Below are positions 57,804-64,000 of a stretch of DNA of 64,000 nt, one piece after another. Each line of letters begins with the position of its first letter. Position 1 is the first letter of the stretch. The position numbers were made by a program, and so were the translations under genes. Location: positions 64,001-128,000 of IMG/VR virus record IMGVR_UViG_3300042566_002057; one strand, written 5' to 3'. This DNA comes from a virus. The notes under the pieces were generated by a model. The model was not told the DNA's origin and did no database searches. It saw only the letters and a list, made by a program, of their open reading frames with translations.

Positions 57804-58178
57804 ATGAAAAAAGAAGGAATTGAAAGTATGGTAGATAAAGTAGTTTTAGAATCTCTAAATGAGGGTTATTCTATTAAGAATACTCAATTAAAACTACAAG
57901 AGAGAATAATTAAATTCAGAAACATACTTATCAGAGATAATGTTGATTTAGAACAAACTGTACTTACTGCAAATGAAGATTGGCAAAAAATAACCAATAC
58001 TCGACATAGATTTGCCGCATATTATATTTGTTTTTGTTGTAAACGTATAGTAGACTTAGAATGGTTCTCAAATAAGAAACTTACCTTCTATAATTTATCA
58101 AATAGTAAAATGTTAAGTTTACTAAAGTTTAGAGATAAGTTATCAAAAGAAAACGCTGTAGAAAATTCACCTTTTTGA
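57804..58178 (+). CDS. Hypothetical early protein
   Basis: Class A -7 element at 57791-98. Confidence 0.5.
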   Translation: MKKEGIESMVDKVVLESLNEGYSIKNTQLKLQERIIKFRNILIRDNVDLEQTVLTANEDWQKITNTRHRFAAYYICFCCKRIVDLEWFSNKKLTFYNLSNSKMLSLLKFRDKLSKENAVENSPF

Positions 58179-58201
58179 TTATTTTTTGTATCTTTGTATT
58201 A

Positions 58202-58435
58202 ATGAAATTAAGTAATCAAACAAAATTTATTCTCTGGTTAATATTAGACAAATATGATGGTCATAGAGACTATCTACCGTTTTGTGATTCATTATCTAGA
58301 ATAATTCAAGAAAGGCCAAAAGGATGTGATTTATTAATTGTTTACAATCATTTAAGAAAAATAGACAGGTCTGATAAAATAGGAATTGATTATTCTATTG
58401 GTCCACATATTGAGTATAATTTGTTTGCAATCTAA
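58202..58435 (+). CDS. Small hypothetical early protein (start probably ATG 58202)
   Basis: TATCTTTG at 58189-96 immediately upstream. Confidence 0.5.
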   Translation: MKLSNQTKFILWLILDKYDGHRDYLPFCDSLSRIIQERPKGCDLLIVYNHLRKIDRSDKIGIDYSIGPHIEYNLFAI

Positions 58436-58510
58436 ATTTTCATGCAACATCATGATCCATATCTAATATAAATTCGTCGGTTTTTTACAGTATTTAACAC
58501 TGTGGATTTT

Positions 58511-58894
58511 TTACTGAAACGATGATGGTAAAGTATATTTCTCAGCCTTAAGAAATTTTATCAAAAGAAATATAATACTGGCTCCTGGTATTAATGTGAG
58601 TACAGTAAGACTAATTGTCTTAAATATATCTTTTAATTGGTCATAAATCTTTTTTCTTTGTTCTTTATTTAATTCTATTTCATCTTTACTAGCTCTTACG
58701 ACTAGATTAAAAGCTTCTTTTGTTTCTTTACTTTCATTTTTAATGCTATCAATAAATTTAAAAAAATTCTTTTTCATTTCTTTATAAAAGTCAGAATAAA
58801 TATCACCCATCTTAGCGATTGGATCAACCGGCATAAACATCATATCCATTGTCTCATTGATGTTAAAATTCTCAAATGTTTTAAGGTGTTTCAT
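58511..58894 (-). CDS. LETM1-like membrane-hairpin protein with N-terminal tag
   Basis: Starts MKHLKTFENFNINET; QLKDIFKT..LTVL.LIPG...LPSSF. Confidence 0.55.
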   Translation of the reverse strand: MKHLKTFENFNINETMDMMFMPVDPIAKMGDIYSDFYKEMKKNFFKFIDSIKNESKETKEAFNLVVRASKDEIELNKEQRKKIYDQLKDIFKTISLTVLTLIPGASIIFLLIKFLKAEKYTLPSSFQ

Positions 58895-58896
58895 AT

Positions 58897-59643
58897 TTAT
58901 TTTATGTTTTTAATCCAGTTTGTGAATTTGACAATTGATTCCTGTAATGTTTCTACGAAATTAAATTCTTTAAGAAACTCACCGAATTCAGCAACATATC
59001 CTTCTTTAGATTCATCATTAGCATTTTTTAAGAATTGCCAGTTAAATGAAAGTTGACTCGGTGTCTTAAACCCAAAGAAACCTAAAACTTCTTTTTCTAA
59101 TTTAACAGATTCTTCTCCATTCCAGTTATGACCAACTGATACAACTCCTACTTCTTTATCTTTTAGTAAGTTTGACTCACCTAAAGTTGTATGTCTGTTT
59201 TCTAACCAAGTAAGTCTTTCTATAAGTGATGTGTAGATTGCGTTCATTTTACCCCAACGAATTGAACCAAAGAATATTACAATATCAGCGTCAAAGATAG
59301 CGTTTGCTACTTTATACATTTCATCTGATTTGTTATTTAGAGAAGCCCAACATCTGATATGACCGGTTGGATTTTTTTCTTTATCATTTAACTTAGCGTC
59401 TTTAAGACCACAAGTATTTCCTCTTTTGGTAGAAACATTACCTTCACAAGGAAAAATTTTAAGTTTAGCAACATTTATTATTTGACATCTATCACCACCT
59501 AACTTTTTCATTAGTTCCTCAGCTATAATTGAAGATTTAGGAAGTTCTTTATCACCACTCCACCTATTAGAAGTCGTAAGGAAAAGAATTTTTTTCTTTT
59601 GATTCTTTTTAAGATAATTATATAATCTCTTCAATTTGTCCAT
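58897..59643 (-). CDS. Flavodoxin-like NAD(P)H-dependent FMN reductase family protein
   Basis: ILFLTTSNR, IFPCEG, RCW, D.M......ADIVIF, LIERL. Confidence 0.7.
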   Translation of the reverse strand: MDKLKRLYNYLKKNQKKKILFLTTSNRWSGDKELPKSSIIAEELMKKLGGDRCQIINVAKLKIFPCEGNVSTKRGNTCGLKDAKLNDKEKNPTGHIRCWASLNNKSDEMYKVANAIFDADIVIFFGSIRWGKMNAIYTSLIERLTWLENRHTTLGESNLLKDKEVGVVSVGHNWNGEESVKLEKEVLGFFGFKTPSQLSFNWQFLKNANDESKEGYVAEFGEFLKEFNFVETLQESIVKFTNWIKNIK

Positions 59644-59693
59644 AAAGTATATATTAATTATTATGACTTGAATATTGATTATAGTTTAAAAAT

Positions 59694-59723
59694 AAAAAAG
59701 TGAGAATTAATTCTCACTTTTTT
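59694..59723. terminator. Palindromic terminator
   Basis: AAAAAAGTGAGAATT-AATTCTCACTTTTTT. Confidence 0.8.
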
Positions 59724-59724
59724 T

Positions 59725-60618
59725 TTATTCTTCAATTGCTGAAGGAGGTTTTGTCATCCTTTGTAACTTCCAGTGTAAATTCTCCCAGTCAGATATTTCT
59801 TGACTTAACTTTCTATTATCTTCTTCAATAATCTTAAACTCTTCAAGTCTTATTTCAAAGTCTCTGATTTTATCATTAATATCAGATTCCCTTTTCTCTA
59901 AATCAGATTCTCTTTTACTAATATCTTTTGATTTTACTTCTAAATCTTTTTCTTTCTGAGTTACTAACTCTAAATCAGAATCAATTTTTTTCTGTAGGTC
60001 AGCGTACTTAGTATCCAATTCAGCAGCGGATTGTAAAACACTTCTATCAAAATTTCTTTCTTTTTCATTTAAGTCTTGTGTTTTGTCCTCTAAATCTATT
60101 TGTTTTTCTGTTAGAATCTTATTTCTTTCTCTTAACTCGTCTTCTTTTTTATCTAATAACTTTAAATCTTCTTTATAAGATTCTTCTCTTTTCTCAACTC
60201 TACTGATTCTGATTTCAATTTCTTCTTCTTTGTCTTTGATTCTGAGTTCTCTGTTATTGAGATCCTTTTCTTTTCTTTCTAACTCTTTAATCTGGTATTC
60301 ATCAACTACTTGACCTTGTGGTTGTGATTGAGAGATTGAAGAAAGAATCATTTCTTCAATGAATGGAATAATTTTTTTACCAAGTTGAGCTGGTTGTGGA
60401 AGTTTTTCCGATCTCATATAAGATAAGAGTTCTGCTTTCCAATCAATTACCTCGAAAAATTCTGGATTATTATCAATGATGTCTTTATCGATTGGTATAA
60501 TATCAGTTTTGACTCTATAATTATATTCTTCTAAAATAGTTCCTATTTTTAGGATAAATATCTTCTTATCAGGACTCAAATACTGAAACTCTTTAATTAC
60601 TTTATGTTTTATTTTCAT
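59725..60618 (-). CDS. Long coiled-coil late protein
   Basis: E/K/R-rich heptads (KEKDL, REE, RESDL); class C promoter. Confidence 0.6.
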   Translation of the reverse strand: MKIKHKVIKEFQYLSPDKKIFILKIGTILEEYNYRVKTDIIPIDKDIIDNNPEFFEVIDWKAELLSYMRSEKLPQPAQLGKKIIPFIEEMILSSISQSQPQGQVVDEYQIKELERKEKDLNNRELRIKDKEEEIEIRISRVEKREESYKEDLKLLDKKEDELRERNKILTEKQIDLEDKTQDLNEKERNFDRSVLQSAAELDTKYADLQKKIDSDLELVTQKEKDLEVKSKDISKRESDLEKRESDINDKIRDFEIRLEEFKIIEEDNRKLSQEISDWENLHWKLQRMTKPPSAIEE

Positions 60619-60692
60619 AAGAAAAAGATATATTTTAAGTTATATATAAAAAACCTTTGTTTTTGTTTTATTTTTCGTATATTTGCCTAACT

Positions 60693-61163
60693 ATGTCTCA
60701 GATCGATGTAAATCTAAATAAAATAATGAATCTTATTAGATTCAATGCCAATCTATCAAGATATGTTGATGTAGGTGAATTAGTTCGACAATCACCTGAT
60801 TACATATTAGAAAAATATAACCATTGGATTTCATTCAATCCAGTTATTGATGAACCAATTTACACACCTGACGATTGTGAGCAACTTATTCATCAATACT
60901 CCAAAATCTGGGGTAGATTTCCAACACAGAAAGTAACAAGACATCTTTTTTATTTACAACAAACTAATAGTATGAAACTATTAAATATGGTGGAAAAGTT
61001 TGAGGTGTATTTCGGACCTATTGAGTTGATTAGTAGTGAAGAAAAAAATGGACTACACTTTATTTTAGAAAGAGATTTTGTTAGTAAAGTTGTAGAATAT
61101 AACGAAGAGGCACTCACAATCATTCTAAGAGATTTGAAATTAAAAAAATTAGTAAACAATTAA
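60693..61163 (+). CDS. Hypothetical early protein with C-terminal tag (start probably ATG 60693)
   Basis: TATATTTG at 60678-85; ends LRDLKLKKLVNN. Confidence 0.6.
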   Translation: MSQIDVNLNKIMNLIRFNANLSRYVDVGELVRQSPDYILEKYNHWISFNPVIDEPIYTPDDCEQLIHQYSKIWGRFPTQKVTRHLFYLQQTNSMKLLNMVEKFEVYFGPIELISSEEKNGLHFILERDFVSKVVEYNEEALTIILRDLKLKKLVNN

Positions 61164-61176
61164 AAACAAAATAAAG

Positions 61177-61647
61177 ATGAAAACAATTAAATTTTTTATG
61201 TTGGCTCTTGTAGCAACAATGTTCTTAACTTCGTGTAGTGAGAACTATTCTAATGGTGAAAGAATTGGTATGATTACCAAATTCTCTCAAAAAGGACTTA
61301 TTTGGAACTCTTGGGAAGGTTCGTTGAACACGACACAAACTGGTATGAATAGTGCGACTCCGTTTGAGTTCTCTGTTGATAATGATGTCAATGACCCTAA
61401 AGTAATTGCTACTTTGGATAGTGCGGCTACTGAAGGTTGGAAAGTTAAGATTAAATACCACGAAACATTTGGTAAGAACTGGTTCTCTAATAGAGGTGAG
61501 ACCAATTACTTTGTTAAAGAAGTTGAAGTTTTAGATAGAGATCCAATGGGAAGTGTATTTGGAAATAAAAGTGATAATAACACTGGTGGTAGAGTAGTTG
61601 ATACAGTATATGTAGTTATTGTACCAAAAGAAAAAGTAATTAAATAA
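61177..61647 (+). CDS. Lipoprotein
   Basis: Signal peptide with lipobox LTSC; YSNGERIG...KFSQKG..W.SWEG. Confidence 0.7.
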   Translation: MKTIKFFMLALVATMFLTSCSENYSNGERIGMITKFSQKGLIWNSWEGSLNTTQTGMNSATPFEFSVDNDVNDPKVIATLDSAATEGWKVKIKYHETFGKNWFSNRGETNYFVKEVEVLDRDPMGSVFGNKSDNNTGGRVVDTVYVVIVPKEKVIK

Positions 61648-61651
61648 AACT

Positions 61652-61867
61652 ATGAAAAAGGAAGACATTCTTATTTGTCAAGAAACAATTAAAAATACAT
61701 TTGGGTGGATTCTATTTGAATCTGGTAAAGAGTATAAAGTGTTAAATATTGATGATGAAGAAGTCTTCCTTAACCACACTCTTTATGCGAATGAGTATAA
61801 TTCATTTCCTATCAATTGGGTATTAGAAAAATTTAAACTTAAAGATAATGTTAAAAGAAAAGATTGA
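61652..61867 (+). CDS. Small hypothetical protein
   Basis: 71 aa ORF in operon. Confidence 0.5.
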   Translation: MKKEDILICQETIKNTFGWILFESGKEYKVLNIDDEEVFLNHTLYANEYNSFPINWVLEKFKLKDNVKRKD

Positions 61868-62282
61868 ACTTATTATTGACACACTTGTTAAAACCACCGA
61901 GTCAGGAAATCTAATCTGGGAAGAAGATTCATCTTCATATGATAGAAGGTATAAAAGAAAAATGCAATCTGTTGGTGAAGATTCATCAATATATGAATTA
62001 GAGATTGAATATAAGTTAGTTAATGAAAAATTCATATTAGACAATCAACCATCTTTATGGATTAGAAATCCTAAACTACCAAATGGTATGTTTTACATCT
62101 ATGGTGGGAAATATGATATTATAAAACTAAGAGACCTTATTTTGAGTAAATTCTTATCAAACTTTACCCCATCACTTGGTGACTTAGAAGATACATTAGA
62201 TGAAATAGCAAAAGGAGTTAATGTGTCTGAATTTAGAGAAGGAAAAATTAATAAGATTCTAGGCTTTCTTAAAATAAACTAA
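61848..62282 (+). CDS. Hypothetical protein with C-terminal tag
   Basis: Ends FREGKINKILGFLKIN. Confidence 0.6.
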   Translation: MLKEKIELIIDTLVKTTESGNLIWEEDSSSYDRRYKRKMQSVGEDSSIYELEIEYKLVNEKFILDNQPSLWIRNPKLPNGMFYIYGGKYDIIKLRDLILSKFLSNFTPSLGDLEDTLDEIAKGVNVSEFREGKINKILGFLKIN

Positions 62283-62319
62283 AATTTATATTTTACATAA
62301 AATAAAAAAAACTACTGAT

Positions 62320-62910
62320 ATGTATATAATTGACGCTGATATTGAAGATGTTTACAAAGAATTTCCATTCATCAATGATTGGATTTCCACAATTTGTAAC
62401 AGTATACTGAATAAATCTTCTGACGAATGTAAAGTTCACATGTTTTATCACTATGGATTCTTTAATCCAAAAGTTACTGACAAAGAAGAATACTACTTGA
62501 GACAATATGAGAAGTGTAGTAAGATGAAGTATGATGAAAGACTTGATTATGAAATTTCAAGAACCAGAGTCAACGTGACTGTAAAGATTGATAACTTTAT
62601 GATGACTAATAGATTAGAAAAGGGTTTGGTACCATCAACAATTGAAAGCATTGTTAAAGAAATTACAAAATATAAAATGTTAATTGAGTCTGATTATCAT
62701 AATGACAAAGATATAAAAGATTCAATTCCACCTATTGATAGTACAATAGTATCAGTTGATTTAATAAAAAGTTTAGTTTCTGGAACAGATGAAGTAGATG
62801 AAACGGAATTTGATTTAGATGAAATTTTAGAAAAGATATCCACAGATGGAATTGAATCACTTACTGATAAAGAAAAAGAATTCTTAGATAAGAAAAGTAA
62901 AGAAATGTAA
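62320..62910 (+). CDS. Hypothetical protein with C-terminal DUF6576-like domain
   Basis: FDLDEILEKISTDGIESLTDKEKEFLDK. Confidence 0.55.
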   Translation: MYIIDADIEDVYKEFPFINDWISTICNSILNKSSDECKVHMFYHYGFFNPKVTDKEEYYLRQYEKCSKMKYDERLDYEISRTRVNVTVKIDNFMMTNRLEKGLVPSTIESIVKEITKYKMLIESDYHNDKDIKDSIPPIDSTIVSVDLIKSLVSGTDEVDETEFDLDEILEKISTDGIESLTDKEKEFLDKKSKEM

Positions 62911-63713
62911 TGGATATTAATCAGATATATCAAGGTGACTCATTAGAGTTACTTAAAAAATTACCAGACAACTCGGTTGACTTGGTGATAACATCACCAC
63001 CATATGCCGACTTAAAGGTTTATATTGATAATCCTGGTGTACTTGCTGGTAAATATGTTGAGTGGCTTTTACCTATCTGTAACGAAATTTGTCGTGTTAT
63101 AAAACCAACTGGATCTTTCATTCTAAACATAAATGATAAAGTAGAGGATGGATTTAGACATCCTTATGTTTATGACTTAATATCAGAGATTCATAAAAGA
63201 ACTGATTTAAAGATGTTTGAGAGATTGTTTTGGAATAAACTTAAAAGTTTACCCAATCGTTCTAGATTTGGTGACCGTGTTGAATATCTCTTTTGGTTCG
63301 CCAAAGAAAGGGGATTTCAGTTTTACATTGATGAAATGAGAACTGAATATTCAGAGAAGTCAATTAAAAGAATGACTAAACCTCTAAAGAAAAGATTCGC
63401 TAGAACTGAAGGTGATGATGATATAGAGTATAAAGATTGGGCTCCGAATCCAAAAGGTGCTCTTCCAACGACTCTGATAAATATATCATCCGAGTCTAAA
63501 AGAATTGCTGATACTCACGTTGCTGTTTACCCGGTTGAACTTGTGAAATACTTTATCAAAGGCTCTACGAAAGAAGGTGATGTTGTTTTAGATCCGTTTA
63601 TGGGAACTGGAACCACTGGAGTTGCTTGTAAACAATTAGGAAGAAATTATATTGGATTTGACTTACAACAAGACTATATTGACGTTGCTAATAAAAGAAT
63701 TGAAGAATGTTAA
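62910..63713 (+). CDS. DNA methyltransferase, N4-C/N6-A beta class
   Basis: TSPPY motif IV before DPFMGTGTT motif I. Confidence 0.92.
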   Translation: MDINQIYQGDSLELLKKLPDNSVDLVITSPPYADLKVYIDNPGVLAGKYVEWLLPICNEICRVIKPTGSFILNINDKVEDGFRHPYVYDLISEIHKRTDLKMFERLFWNKLKSLPNRSRFGDRVEYLFWFAKERGFQFYIDEMRTEYSEKSIKRMTKPLKKRFARTEGDDDIEYKDWAPNPKGALPTTLINISSESKRIADTHVAVYPVELVKYFIKGSTKEGDVVLDPFMGTGTTGVACKQLGRNYIGFDLQQDYIDVANKRIEEC

Positions 63714-64000
63714 GAATATCTAAAGATACCAATAAAATAGTTTCTATAAAATGGTTTACTAAGGAAGAAGTAGAAACTGGATACAATGGAAACGACATAG
63801 ATAGTATTGCTATTATACCAGGTGTAACACAATACCAACACATCTATACTAAAGGTAATTGGATAGTTTTTGATAGTCGTACAAGTTATGTTGGTGTCGA
63901 ATTTAATTCAGAATCTGATTTAGAAAGATTCTTCGTTCAGTTAATGAGAGATATAAAACTTAATCAAATCACAAATGTGACTGTTGATACAAAAACTAAT
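63707..64000 (+). CDS. Hypothetical protein (3'-truncated) with C-terminal-type tag
   Basis: MLRISKDTNK...LMRDIKLNQITNV; open to the window end. Confidence 0.55.
   Translation, partial: MLRISKDTNKIVSIKWFTKEEVETGYNGNDIDSIAIIPGVTQYQHIYTKGNWIVFDSRTSYVGVEFNSESDLERFFVQLMRDIKLNQITNVTVDTKTN

Noticed and set aside
59725-60618. Tandem DNA repeat in the coiled-coil gene
   Set aside because: Similarity is only at the level of E/K/R heptads; there is no exact nucleotide repeat unit.
721-62933. Short antisense or alternate-frame ORFs in the track (e.g. 721-924, 6000-6221, 7114-7604, 9490-9744, 17542-17832, 32095-33138, 38756-39034, 41010-41210, 48682-48915, 52604-52936, 61225-61505, 62697-62933)
   Set aside because: They lie within well-supported genes, lack promoter motifs and show shadow-ORF composition.
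1-64000. Alternative genetic code (TAG/TGA recoding, seen in some huge phages)
   Set aside because: Code 11 gives dense, full-length conserved genes, and TAG and TGA end ORFs at natural C-termini (e.g. 28578 TAG, 38157 TGA).
1-64000. Bacterial chromosome origin, suggested by dnaK/dnaJ/grpE/nusG/glf
   Set aside because: These genes are interspersed with T4-like SSB, topoisomerase, RNase H, neck/tube-like genes and many small orphans, and lack their usual bacterial operon neighbours.
1-64000. CRISPR array, canonical tRNA/rRNA genes, IS elements, inteins or introns
   Set aside because: No regularly spaced repeats, no intact TTCGA-type T-loop cloverleaf and no transposase/integrase seen; NrdB, DnaK and the topoisomerase subunits are uninterrupted and of normal length.

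Overview
AT-rich, gene-dense 64 kb segment of a large (jumbo/huge) T4-like tailed phage genome using the standard genetic code. The host is very probably Bacteroidota (Flavobacterium-like): there are recurrent TTG-N~19-TAnnTTTG promoters, no obvious Shine-Dalgarno sites and a protein with a T9SS type-B C-terminal domain. Recognisable genes include a gp32-like SSB, T4-like type II topoisomerase subunits, an RNase H/5'-3' exonuclease, NrdB, GMP reductase/IMPDH, dCMP deaminase, DnaK-DnaJ-GrpE, NusG, UvsE, an Rnl1-like RNA ligase, an amidase endolysin, neck and tail-tube-like proteins, glycan-modification enzymes and a DNA methyltransferase. The most striking unexplained structure is a two-address protein tagging pattern. 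About 17 otherwise unrelated ORFs begin with an MK(Y/H)LKx(F/Y)..E motif resembling the T4 capsid-targeting sequence; they are mostly under a W-W-ATATATA late-type promoter and include likely counter-defence enzymes. About 19 other ORFs end in an R-x-x-K-(I/L)-x-x-(I/L) helix and are mostly under host-type or TAAACTT-N16-TATAAA promoters. No ORF carries both tags. The C-tagged set includes two mini-genes that look like isolated fragments of the major capsid protein (candidate decoys). There are also three candidate structured ncRNAs, one a tRNA cloverleaf with all three loops expanded, and a 33-bp direct repeat suggesting cassette turnover at the tag-encoding DNA. All family assignments come from motif recognition by eye; no searches were run.
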